A DNA stretch of 63,991 nt, filler included, from Choristocarpus tenellus KU-1152 (lineage: Eukaryota; Protista; Phaeophyceae), in assembly GCA_964200185.2 (NCBI GenBank). It is 12 parts of 12 records of this genome, joined end to end, with 100 filler letters (N's around TTAATTAATTAA, not from the genome) between each part and the next. Parts side by side here need not be neighbours in the genome. Positions count along the whole stretch, not along the records: positions 34,902 to 39,099 come from CAXNAD020015741.1; positions 39,200 to 45,438 come from CAXNAD020008597.1; positions 45,539 to 48,321 come from CAXNAD020024799.1; 9 more parts are not named here. One strand, written 5' to 3'. The notes under the pieces were generated by a model that did not search any database, had not been told where the DNA came from, and worked only from the letters and a program-made list of their open reading frames with translations. Shown here piece after piece: positions 36,241-48,127 of this stretch (position 1 is the stretch's first letter; every line of letters starts with the position of its first letter). The position numbers and the translations under genes are program-made.

Positions 36241-38632
36241 GTATTTAGCAAAGCAGGTACGTCTGCAAAAAAGAAAAAAGAAAAAAGAAAAAAGAAAAAA
36301 GAAAAGAGGTTTTTATTCTTTCATAACTGTAACTCACTGCACACAACATGCACAGATCAAGTCACTCGTGAGAAGGATACCAGTGAGAAGTATTTCATTC
36401 TTGGACAACAACAAAGAAAGACTGCATAGAGGTCATCCTCTCGCCGAAACATACAGGAGGTGCAAATGTGTGAAATGAAGTCGTGCCTCATCTCTTTTCC
36501 CCTCCGTACAGAACGGTACAGCCATGTGCCATTGCCTCCACAAGGTTTGGACATACCTCCCCCAGAGATAAGCCTCAAGTGTACAAAAAAAAACTGAAGC
36601 ACATGGACAACATCGCTATTAAGATCAACTGCTCACATCCATCACAGCCCCTAGAACAGGTTTTTAATACCCCATACAATGATAGTAAGGTTTTCTCCCT
36701 GACCCAATTGTTTGAGTACCGGAGTCAAGAACTAAATGACAATAAAATCAAAAGAACGGATCTTCAACTGACGCCTTTGCTGCTCAACTGATACCTTTGT
36801 GGACAACACACCAGAACCCCATCCCACCCCTGTCATTATCTCCGTAGTCAAACACAAGTTACAATAGACTTCAAACACAAATGATTTCTAGCAGACTGGA
36901 ACACCCCACCTGGGAACAACAGCCAATAAAAAAAATACACACCGTAATCACCAGCACTGACCTCCTGAGTGTCCTTTTCAGTGAGCTTCCTTATTTCCCT
37001 CCTCACATACTTGCAGATAACCCTCTGCTCTGTAGATCGTATGATCTCGCCATGAGCATTCACCTGTTCAGAAACAGTCAGATGAATGTGTATCAGGCCT
37101 GGTAAATGATGTGGAAGATATCCTGTCAATACAAAGAGAATTCCCCAACATAATATCCACACCATTTAAGGTCCCTATGATTTCATTGTTATCATGCCAG
37201 CCCCCTATTCATCACCTGTCTCCCATCATACCATGCCTGCAAAAAAAACTCCATTGTTTTCCAGAGGTAATTCTTGGAGTAAGTCCTTTGTCATTTACCA
37301 CAGACAAACAAATCCACTCATTTGGTCCAACATACCTCGTCGACCTTCACCGTGTGCCACTCCAAGGACTTGAAGACGACCAATGCACTGCTGCCCTCCA
37401 CCGAGAAGTCTTCTCCTTCGTCAGCCTGTATCAGCCAGTTGTAAGACATCCCTTCAACGGGCTGATTTACTGTACATTCAAGAACAAAAAAAACAGAAGA
37501 GAGGGCATTCCATGCCAAAACGTTGCGAAATCACCATGGGCAGTATTAGGCGGCGGAACTTCATGATGTACGAAACGAATATGTGAGTGCTGACTGGATG
37601 AGGTAATCGCCATTGAATTATTATGAATTAGAAAAGAAACATGACAAATGACCAAATGCCTGTTGTTGGCTTGTTCCATTCTACAATAGTTGAACGGGGC
37701 TATTTCTACGGTGCCTGGACTCACGCAGCCCTGACTTAGTCTGTCGCCACCCGAATATACTGCAAATAGCCCCGTACAAGAATCACTAGAAGCTCACTCA
37801 GTGATATTGTAAACCATCATGAAGATTGGAGGAATTCTCTCAGCAAAGAGAGTGCTTGTGCACACAGATGGGAAGCCTTCTGAACCCCTAACACTCACCA
37901 CTCCTTCACGACCATCAATGTATGCTACACAGAAATGAAACATGTTTGGCAAAATAACAAAAGCACAGAAAGTGCTTACACGAGTGCCACAAAGTTTTTC
38001 TCCCTCGCCTACACCTAAACACGCCAGATGGCTCACCAAAAAGCGTTGTATCTTGGTAGGGCTCCACGAGGATAACACCACTGAGCCAGGGGTACTCCAT
38101 TCCCGGTTTTCCATCTCTTGTCTGGTAAAAGTTTGTTGCATTGAAAAACAACTCTGGACTTTCCACCCTATCTTTCTCTCTGCCCATGAATCCTGGTTGC
38201 GATACAAGTATCGGCTCCTTGTCTCCTTCAGGCTGGGGAGATAATTTCGTGGGTGTAGTCACAAAATCATTAACAGTCCCCCTATATCCAGTTGTGGGCG
38301 AGGACCACGGTGCAAAACCATTGACGCCCAGAACTATCAATGTGATCACACCACCAGCAGTCAGTACCTATGATTCCATTGCATGGAGTAGGTGATTGTA
38401 GAGTGGTCAGTGGAGCAGATGGCTGTTGGCCGGTAACAATCCAATTTCGACGAGGCAAGCGAAAAATGACATAGCAATAGAGAAGGTCATCGACCATTAC
38501 CTTGGCAATTCGTCCACCTGAAGGTGGTGAAGAGTTGGATTTGGACAAACATTCCTGGTTTGGGTTTGACTGAACAAGAGAATTTGCCGTGCCCACAGAC
38601 AGGCTCCCATACGATCCAACTGAGTGCTCCAT
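35103..38632 (-). CDS. Tyrosinase-family (type-3 copper) protein with N-terminal membrane anchor, 5' part; exons 38632-38501, 38367-38037, 37469-37336, 37063-36962, 35207-35103
   Basis: Spliced: ...VLTAGGVITLIVLGV (TM)...VEPYQDTTLFV..YNW..VVFKSLEWHTVKVDEVNAHG..ICKYVRREIRKLTEKDTQELLDAMKVLW...INKLHQ. 'VRREIRxLT...LDAM' is the typical tyrosinase N-terminus. Most copper-site exons lie beyond the contig. Confidence 0.75.
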
Positions 38633-40731
38633 CACCCAAAGGAGGCTCTCCAGAGGTTCCTCACAAGTAGTTGAGTCGTTGTCAGACTTCCTTTGGGGAG
38701 TTATCGGGAAAAATACCGATTATGCCTGACATGTAACAAGATCCAATAATCAAGGATCCTCAGTCGAGTGAAGCCTCTTCTTCGACACACAAAGGTGGAG
38801 AAAGTCTTTCCCACTCAAGCCTCTGCCATCCTCTACAAAAAAATGTGCTCCCCCAAACCGAATATCTACTAATCAAAACTGATGTAGTGAGTGTGAACAG
38901 AAATGATATAGAGTAGTGAATTGAGTCGTATGCACAAAATCCCTCCCCTCAAGTAACAGTGGATTCTCAAAATTGAGGATGGAGCGGGACTATGAGGATG
39001 GTTGTTTTGCGAAAACGGTCTTAAAAAAGTACCGAAAGGTTTTTTTATGTGAACTTGGAAGGGCCCCCTTTATGACCTTTTTTGGAAATGTTTCGGCACN
39101 NNNNNNNNNNNNNNNNNNNNNNNNNNNNNNNNNNNNNNNNNNNTTAATTAATTAANNNNNNNNNNNNNNNNNNNNNNNNNNNNNNNNNNNNNNNNNNNNG
39201 GGGAAAGTGTACTTATCGCTACTTTATCCTCCACACCCCTCTTGGGCGAGATCTAAATCTCTAACCCCAGTGTGGGTTAGGTCAATACCTCCAGCCTCAT
39301 CCTGTGGGGAATCGACTCATTTAACCCCTTCCTGGGCTAGGTTATCAGATGCCACAACATCCTCCTCTGATGTTGCGTTTGCTCCAGTCGATCACTCCAG
39401 ATCAACATCCATTCTAGCCACCTTTGAGGTAGGCCTCTCCTCCTCAACAGTTCCCCCTGGGTCGATGGCATCACCTGAAACTCCCTCAAGGGTATTCACT
39501 CCTGTCACTGCAACATTCTCCTCTGACATTGCAGTCTCCTCAGATTGTCCACCTGTGACGGTATCTCCTCCAGCCCTTGTTAGGGTGAATGCATCTGTTC
39601 CTGGCTCCCCCTCGCCTAGAACTAGTCCTTACACAATCCTCTCTGTCATGTCAGGAATCGTCAAGAACCTTCTTCGATTAGCTTTCAATGTAAACAATCC
39701 ATAATTCTTCCTACTTGTCTTCACAAATTCCAATCCAGGTCCTCCAGAAGAAAGGGTTAATCGCAGAGAAATTTCCCCTTTCCAATATAATTCTCTCCTG
39801 ATTGTTCCCCCGCTTGTCTCATTGAGAAGAGATTAAATTTTAACCCAGGAACAAATGACACATTGTGCAAGATGAAGTTTGAAAATTCCCCATTCTGTAC
39901 ACAAGATCGTGATAAATTACCTATGGCTGAAACTTGTAGAACCTTTCCATCACCAACAGTCGCCGATGACCCTACCACAGGTTTTGGATCTATCAGAGCA
40001 GTAGGATTATTTGTCATATGAACCGAACAGCCACTGTCAAAGAACCAAAGTTCATCCCTTCCCACTATACTCCCATCATTGCTCACCGATGCGAATCCTC
40101 CAAGCTGAACTGGTGTGCCACTTCCTTTCTGCTCACCAGCTTCACCAGTGTTGCTTGCATTGCCACTCCCCTTCCATTTACCATTCTTCTTCTTCCGTAG
40201 GGGAGCTTGACCTGACGATCATTGACCCGATTCTCCCAGACCACCAGCGCGTTTGGGACAACTGTAAGCCTTGTGTCCTTTCTCTCCACAGACTTAACAA
40301 GAACCTGTATAAGATCCAGAACAGAACGAAACAACGGTGGGACAAGAAGATTGAAACTGTGGTCCTCCACACTGCCAGCACTCCACACGTCTTCACTGCT
40401 CTTGGCTACCGATCCTTCACAAAACCAGCATTTCTGTTTCTCGATCGGGGACCTCCAACCATCAATTCACCTCCATTATTGCTCATCCTTCGTTCACGTT
40501 GTCGTTTGCGAAGTTGATACGTTTCGCAAACTCGTTTTTGGAGATACATCCGTGCTGCCCGACCGCAACCTGCGACCTGGCGAATCTCAATGAAGTATTC
40601 GTCAGTCAAACAATTGTGCATCGCGCTTTATTGTTCTTCTTCGCCAGGTTCATCATCCAGGGATCGCATTTTCTTGACTATGTTATCCAATTCCAAAATG
40701 ACTGTAGCCGGATCTTCACCAGCAGGTAAAT

Positions 40732-40890
40732 AACAGCCGATTTCGAAAATTGAGGATGAGCTTAAACCCAAATTGACTGGGATAAAGTGACGATATGTTT
40801 TTTTTTGTATTGTCATTAAAAAAACATATCGTCACTTTATCCCAGTCAATTTGGGGTCAAGCCCATCCTCAATTTTTGAGGTCGGCTGTT
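40732..40890. mobile_element. 159-bp near-perfect palindromic MITE inserted in Copia gag, 4-bp TSD AAAT
   Basis: Arms AACAGCCG...GATAAAGTGACGATATGTTTTT and AAAAACATATCGTCACTTTATC...CGGCTGTT. AAAT at 40728-40731 and 40891-40894. Confidence 0.9.
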
Positions 40891-41430
40891 AAATGTAGAT
40901 AATTAAGTCTTGATCTCATTGTAGCCCTTTCTGTCATACCACTTCTCCTGAAGTGGTTTCGTAAAACTTCATAAGCTTTCCGAAGGACTATCATGATTGC
41001 TTGCCACCTTTTCAGCAAACCCGTCCAAAGCCATCGCCAGAGCAGCCATCGCGATACTCGCCTTGTCTACTTCTTGTTCTGACCATCTTGACGCGTCAAA
41101 GTATATCACTGCGGACTCTGATGTGATCATCAGAGAACAGCGTGTCCTTCCAGCCCCCCATGGCAGCACACGAACGAAATTTTCGCTCTAACACAGCAAA
41201 TCCATCACAGTCATCATCACCACTGTAGACCTTGAACGTCATTGGCAACGGAATCAGTCGTTTTAATCTTCGACCCGATGGTGCCCCCTGTTGTGCGGTT
41301 CTGCTATCCACCCCTCTATCATCTTCATCAGACTCGACCACCTCTCCACCTTCTTCAACAGGTGTTGTAAGTGTCGTATCTCCATACTCCGCTCCTCTCA
41401 AAGTATGTCTTCGATGACCGACGGCTAGCA

Positions 41431-41738
41431 TGTTAAAGAAATTGGTGTTCCCCAGACTTGTGTATGTAAATAACTCGATTAATTCCTTATTATGTAGAGC
41501 AGGTTGTACATGAAGTAAGGAAGGTGAAAGGAAAGAGAGAGTGAGCTTCAAATCCCAAAGGGGGGTGTCATTGCCACNNNNNNNNCACAATGCTTTCTAT
41601 TCCTGAACTCTTACATATTTTAGTTCTTGAAACCCAACCTTATCTTCTTATTCTTCAGAATACAAACACCGTCTCTTCACTCTTAGATTCTTCTACAGAG
41701 TCTTCTTTTACTCATGAATAAAAAACATATTCTTAACA
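41431..41738 (-). repeat. Copia long terminal repeat (~308 bp, includes an 8-N gap)
   Basis: Bounded by TGTTAA...TTAACA and directly upstream of the minus-strand gag. Confidence 0.75.
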
Positions 41739-44700
41739 TGTTCCTACCAAGAAAAAGCAGTATGGTTGAGAGCGACCCAGGAAACAAGGTGTATGTATAT
41801 ATATAGCAACATCTGTGCTGTAAGGTATACATGCACCACTACTACTAATAAATTAAATATGAACAGAGCATGTAGTCAGTGTATGCATACACTATCGATG
41901 AAGTGTAAGCTATTCTGAGGTCAAGCGTGAAGGGCATGAGTGCATGGGTGATTCTCTAGGTATCCACAAACATTTTTTTTTCCACAAAAAGGGATATATA
42001 TTTTTTAATGTATCATCCCACTGCGAGTAATACCTCAATCGCATCACAAAACTTAGACCTCCAACCTAACCCCACCCCCCTGACAACCCTGACCCAACTT
42101 TTTCTTCTTCTCCTATTACTGCAAAAGCTATTTGTGTATCAAGATACAACCCCGCTCTGACAGCAAACACAACAACCAGGTGAAAAAAACAAACATTATG
42201 AAGATACACAAAAAAGCAGTGTCATTCCCCCCACTGCTGCAACGCCTTCACCGTGAAAAGGCACGATGGTAGCCTATCACAATTGATCGAGATGACAGGC
42301 AGCAACAATCCACCAATCAAATCAAATCAAATCAAATCAGGGCAAGGCAACAACAACAAGAACAAACCACACAGACAAACTTGCACCAATAACTCGACAA
42401 TAAACGCATGTGGGTGACTGTTTGACAGTCCAACAGCAAAAAAAAAAGATCGTTGGAGGAACACACACATGGTATCAAGAAATAAGAAACATTTCTCATT
42501 ACCGAACGCTTTCCCAGTAGCCACACTGCACTCAATGAACACTAAACCATTGCACATCATTAAGTAAGGACCACTACCCATCACACTATAAACAACAGTC
42601 AAAGATTCAAGCGCAAAAAAATCCACATGATGATACACCCCTCCCCGCCCAACGAACTTGGGTCTTGTTCCCTCCCCCTCCCCCTCCCCCTCAAGCAACA
42701 AAGCTCAGGTAGAGGAGGCGCATGGTGTCACCCTGACAGAATGGCTATGTGCCTGTGAAGGGACCATAGTTCACTCTTTCCCCCTCTACACTAGTCTTTC
42801 CAGAGATGTTTGTGTCATGCCGATGATCTGGTGCGTCCCCGGAAGGTGTGATTGCTTTCATTGATTAATTGATTGACGGTTTCATTGCTGGGGAGTGGTT
42901 AACCAACACAAGCAATAATAATTGGATATATATATATATATATATATTGTCCAACCAGTGGTCAGAGGAAAAACAAAGGAATATTCAGAAAAAAATCAGC
43001 AGTACATCAACATTGAATAAGTTTATGTACGGCAGTATTAAAAAAAAATTGTCATCGCCGATACAGAGTCAAAGAATTGGCTGTTGAGGCAGTATCACCC
43101 ACACTGCAACAGTGTTGACTCTTAAGTATCTACCTACACATTCCACATAAATATATATATATATATATTTTGAAGTGGTGCACGAAGGCAAGCATGGGCA
43201 GTCAGTATCCAATAAAAGGGAGACACTACTTCAAGGCAAAAGAGGTATAGCACAAGCAATATTTATATCGATCTTATTGTTGCACATAAATTCATACATA
43301 TATACAGGGGCAGGGGAGGGGAGGTTTGGGGTTAGGCTTAGGGCCGCAAATGCAAGTTAAGAAATAGGATAGGCAATATTTTCTTATTGGCTAGAAGGGA
43401 TTAATCTATGCATTCACACCAAACTATCATATTATTTGTCTATACACAAAAAAAGCTGAGGCACATAGACACTTTAGAAAATATGCTACATTTCCTCCAT
43501 TTCCTCTTGAGTCCTCCCTCATGTTATCTGCACACCACTGCTGTATGAATAGCACCAACTGTAAATAAACACCCACCCACACTGTATGCAACAAATTGAG
43601 GGTTTTAATCCTTATCCTGCTGCCCTTTCTGTCTCTTCTGCTCTCTCTCCATACTGCCCACCACCACCCCATCCCTACAAGGACTGAAGTCCTGCCATAA
43701 AAACAAAGTCTACTCCTTCAAAAAATACGAGAGATGGCCTAATACCCTGACACACTACATATGCAATGAAGATGTGAAAGTCTATTATAGGGCTAGGCCT
43801 AGGAATGCTAATCACACACACAGACATATAAATATAGCCATGAACCAAAATGATTTATAGTGAGGTCTGCGTCAATGATACTACCACTGTAGGGTATTTC
43901 CAATGGTTGCAGAACCAAACTGTGTTACAAGAAGAGCACGGCTATCATAAAACAAACCCAAGGCTTTCAAGGACAGAGCTGGTATATGCTCCCCAAGGGG
44001 GGTTTGTACGGTCTCTGCCTTCACAGGTTCTTTTATTATGTTGGTTGGGATTATTGTGAATGCCCGGATAAATGGTTCAAACACCCCCCCCCCACACACA
44101 CACATTTCTCCAAGGTTTAAAAATCAATCAACCTAAAAATTTAGGAGAGAACAAATCCAATCGATTTACCAAAAATTATAGCAAAGTAACACACTGGCTC
44201 CAGTTGACGTGTTCTAGTGCAAAAAAATAGAACGCTGTAATGATGATGTACTCTGATCGCTTCCCAACAAAGCAAACAAGAGCCACAACAAGCACAAAAA
44301 ATTAAAGATAATTAAAGTGCACTATAGGCATGGGCATAAAAAAAAAAATCACACACGGTTATGGAAAAACAAAAATGAAAAGTGAAGAAAAGCTAAAAAA
44401 CTCCTCAAGGATATCGTACAAAATAACATTATGCTTTCGGTGCAACACGCAGCCGAACCATTAAAAAAAAACAAGAAAAAACTTTCAAAATCACGCTCTA
44501 TACCTGCAGGTGTCAAAGGTACTGGACACAAGTGCAAAAAACCCCAACATGATGCACCAGCATGCAGTGGTGTTGATACATATTACTTTTTAGAAAAAAC
44601 AATAAATTTCGAACTGCTACAGACATCAAAAACACCAGACGTAGTAGTAATGAATAAAATACTACTACACAACCACAAATAAAAGGCAGTGCTGAGGAGT

Positions 44701-44752
44701 AATATCATGACAAAAAAGAGGTACATGTACCTAGAAGGAAGGAAGGTCTCAC

Positions 44753-44905
44753 CTCCTTGCTGCCAAGGTGAACAGAGGTGCTTTGCGTGGTGGTGGAGTA
44801 GGGCAACCCAACCAGCATGGAACCGGTGTATAACACCAACTGGTTATCCACCTGAGTTATCTCCTTGGGAAATGCCTTCAGATAATCCGTGTATATGGCA
44901 GTAAT
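44753..44905 (-). CDS. RPN1: Ribophorin I (oligosaccharyltransferase subunit 1) exon
   Basis: ttcag|ITAIYTDYLKAFPKEITQVDNQLVLYTGSMLVGLPYSTTTQSTSVHLGSKE|gtgaga matches the ribophorin I 'PFPxEITQxxxQLVxYxG...PYxTxxQxT' segment. Confidence 0.75.
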
Positions 44906-46259
44906 CTGAACAAATTGGATAAAAAAAAAAGCATCATGCATATACACACAGACATATTTATGGATAAAATATCCACAGCAATAACCTCAACGGTTGACAA
45001 TCACTCTTACAACGCCTTCTTCCTGCCTTCAAAACTACAACCCCAGTAAAACCACCTTGAAACACGCTCTTGCCCCTTGAGAGCATTTTAGATTAGCTGA
45101 TTCTCATCCCATTCAGAGCATAAATATCCTATTTTTTTATTCTAACTGAGAAAACTCGCTTCTTTCCTCAGAAGGTTCCCAAATGCCTTCACATCCCCCA
45201 AATCGAGTCGAGCAACAGACAGTAGAGCATCCCAATCAAAAAAGGTGATTCCGCTGACTGACTATTAATCAAGCAACCTGTATGCACAGGTCACAGAAAA
45301 AAAAACTCATCAAGTTTCTTCAGGCAACACATGTCTGGAAGGAAGTTACCACCTTTCCGAAGGGTTTGCTCAAGTTCCCCTCTCCCTCCCCCCCCCCCCC
45401 CCCCCCCCCACAAAACACAAACCAAATCAAAAAAAAAANNNNNNNNNNNNNNNNNNNNNNNNNNNNNNNNNNNNNNNNNNNNTTAATTAATTAANNNNNN
45501 NNNNNNNNNNNNNNNNNNNNNNNNNNNNNNNNNNNNNNCATGAAAAAATTGACCCCAAATGGACAGCCGCCACCCCCTCCCAGATACTTTGAGCCATGCC
45601 AAACTGTTTCGAAGTAGGTAAAATGTATACCTTATGAAAAGGTGTGTCCGGAACAAGGATATTGGCATCTCCTAACAACATGGTAGCCAAAATTGCATCA
45701 AAATTGCAACACTGGATTTTGGCCCCCAAATAGACGCGGCTCTACCCTCTAAGATACTTTGACTCACACACACACAAACCTCGAGCGCGTATGCACAGTT
45801 CAGGACATTTCTTATTAGTCTCAAGGTCAGTTTCAGGTAATAGCTACTTGGAGCGCACAGTAGACCAACTTCATTTCAAGAGGTTGACAATTGTGGGGCG
45901 ACCAGGCCCATAGCATCCTAGAGGGAGGGGCCTGCGTAAACCTGCAGTGATTTTCATGTCATTTGAGTTAATGTGTCAGGTGTAAGAAGGTAAATTTCTT
46001 TCACCTGGATGCACCTTCCATTTTCCATCCCTAACCCTAGCCCTAATCCTAACCCTGAACCAAATCTGAAAGGAAAATCGCCCTTAAAATGGGCATAAAA
46101 CTGGTGTACCTTACAAAACACCCCCTATCAAGCCCCAAATGGACAACTTCGTCCAGGCAACCCATCGTCCAAGACAATACAGGGTACATATGCTTTATGT
46201 AGATACATTACCCCGCTTCTCTCTTTTTTGTTCGGCTGCTGCCAGCACGCTCACTCATT

Positions 46260-46542
46260 GAGTCAAAGTATCTCTCTTAGAGGGTAGAGCCCCCCCCCCA
46301 TCTGTTAGGGGTCATAAAATCCAATGTTGCGATTTTTTTCATGTAATTTTGGCTATTGTGTTTGTTAGGAAGTGTCAATACACTTGTTCCGGACACACCT
46401 TTTCACAGTTGTATAATTTTTACCTACTCTAAAACGATTTCAGAGCAGGTAGAATGTCATTTAAAAAAAAAACAATATGGGAAGCTGAGCCCCAAACGGA
46501 AAAACAGGACAAAATTCGTTACCCTTTAATATACTTTCACTC
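46260..46542. mobile_element. GAGTCAAAGTATCT-ended MITE copy
   Basis: Starts gagtcaaagtatctctcttagagggtag and ends accctttaatatactttcactc. Internal sequence is shared with other copies. Confidence 0.8.
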
Positions 46543-46733
46543 TGAAGACGAGATCCATTGAAAGAAACTTCTATCTACAAGATTGATTCCCAGTTAAATT
46601 TCGATTCGGTTGAAGGGTTAGGGAAGGCTACACGTGAAATGTACCTTGACAATTCAATTCAAAAGTACAGTAGATCTCTCGTGAGTTGAAGCATAGCAGA
46701 GACACTAATATTTTTTTGCCTTTTTTTGCATTT

Positions 46734-47303
46734 AAGTGAAAGTATCTTAGAGGGTAGCGAGTTCTGCCCTGTTTGTCCGTGTGGGGCTTGGCTTCCCACG
46801 TTTAAAAATAAATAAATTAATTTTTTTCCTACTCTGAACTAGTTTTGGAGTAGGTAAAATGTATACGACTGAGAAAAGGTGTGTCTGGAACAGGGATATT
46901 GACACTCCCTAACAAACAAGATAGCCCAAGTCCGACACTGTTGTGGAGTAGGTAAAATGTATATGCTATGAAATGGTATGTCCGGAACAAGGATATTGAC
47001 ACTCCCTAACAAACAGGATAGCCCAAGTCCGAAACTGGTTTGGAGTATGTAAAATGTATACGCTATATGAAATGGTATGTCCGGAACAGGGATATCGACA
47101 CTCTGTAGCAAACACGATAGCCCAAGTCCGAAATTGTTTTGGAGTAGGTGAAATGTATACGCTATGATATGGTGTGTCCGGAACAAGGATATTGACACTT
47201 CCTAACAAACAAGGTAGCCCGAAATTTTCTTCAAAATCCCAACGTTGGATTTTGATCCCCAAATGGACAAGGGGGCTCTACCCTCTAAGAGGTACTTTGA
47301 CTC
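46734..47303. mobile_element. GAGTCAAAGT-family MITE carrying 4 tandem ~98-bp internal repeats (46847-47222)
   Basis: TIRs aagtgaaagtatcttagagggtag and ctaccctctaagaggtactttgactc. Units start ggagta at 46847, 46945, 47042 and 47141. Confidence 0.85.
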
Positions 47304-47817
47304 AATTTACAAAGTCTGTTTTTTAATATTTTCCACTTCACTCATCTTTGAATGTACGCGTGGAGTTCTGAGTTCTCGAATCTACCTTTGAGAGAGTTTA
47401 CTTCTCCATTGTTTGAGCTTTTTCTTGACGCAATTCAGAAGATATCTCCCCCACTTGCTCGAAGTATCTGGGGGGAGGCGGGGGGGGTGGCGGCTGTCCA
47501 TTCGGGGTTCATTTTTCCATGTAGCGATTTTTGGGTGAAGTTGGTTGCATGCGTCGGATGGATAATATAAGTGCACTTCTCCTGATCAGGGCCCGAATGG
47601 AAACTCTGGTGTAAACCCCCCCCCTCCCCCCAGATACTTCAAGCCTACACGTTTAAAAGAAAAGGACAAAAAACTTAGCACAAGGTTTTAAAATGCAACT
47701 CTGGGTACCTCTCCCTAGGTTGCTTTGACTCTGCATGTGAACGTCTCTTTTTGTGACTGTATGTCAACAATTGTTACCCTTGGCATGACTCCAAGAGTTT
47801 GCCGAACCGCGTTTATA

Positions 47818-48127
47818 GACCTAAAGGGATTCGTTCAAGAGGGCACAGGAGTTTTTTCCCTGTTTGTCTGTTCGGGGCTTGGCTTCCCAGAGGCTTTCTT
47901 ATGCCCCCGTTCTTTTCTGTTTTCTGCGTGAACACTAACCCTAACCCTAACCCTAACCCTAACCCAAAAAATGTATTTGACTATGAAAGGTGTGTCCGGA
48001 GCAAGGATATTGACACTTCCTATCGAACGCGATAGCCAAACAAACTCATCAAAATCAAAACATTGGATATTTATTTACAACCCCGAACGGACGCGGCGGC
48101 CCTACCCCTCTTAAGACGCTTTGGATC
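47818..48127. mobile_element. Diverged GAGTCAAAGT-family MITE with internal (CCCTAA)n
   Basis: Family internal sequence, flanks tata/tgta, telomere-like hexamers at ~47935-47965. Confidence 0.7.

Larger units (their letters stand above)
39200..41738 (-). mobile_element. Decayed Ty1/Copia LTR retrotransposon: 5' LTR, gag with two zinc knuckles, protease
   Basis: LTR 41431-41738. Gag ...KAYEVLRNHF..LPAGEDPATVILELDNI. Knuckles CWQCGGPQFQSSC and C*VCGEKGHKAYSC. Copia protease WFFDSGCSVHMT...LHNVSFVPGLKFNLFS. Many stops and frameshifts. Confidence 0.88.

Noticed and set aside
35950-36310. Duplicated sequence and poly-Lys ORF around a 10-N gap
   Set aside because: Overlapping low-quality contig ends with poly-A runs, most likely a scaffolding artefact.
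39207-40593. Plus-strand ORFs of 165, 168 and 123 aa
   Set aside because: Antisense shadows of the minus-strand Copia coding region.
46839-47262. Repetitive ORFs (LGLSCLLGSVNILVPDIPFH repeats)
   Set aside because: Translation of the 98-bp tandem unit within a MITE; the frame changes between units.
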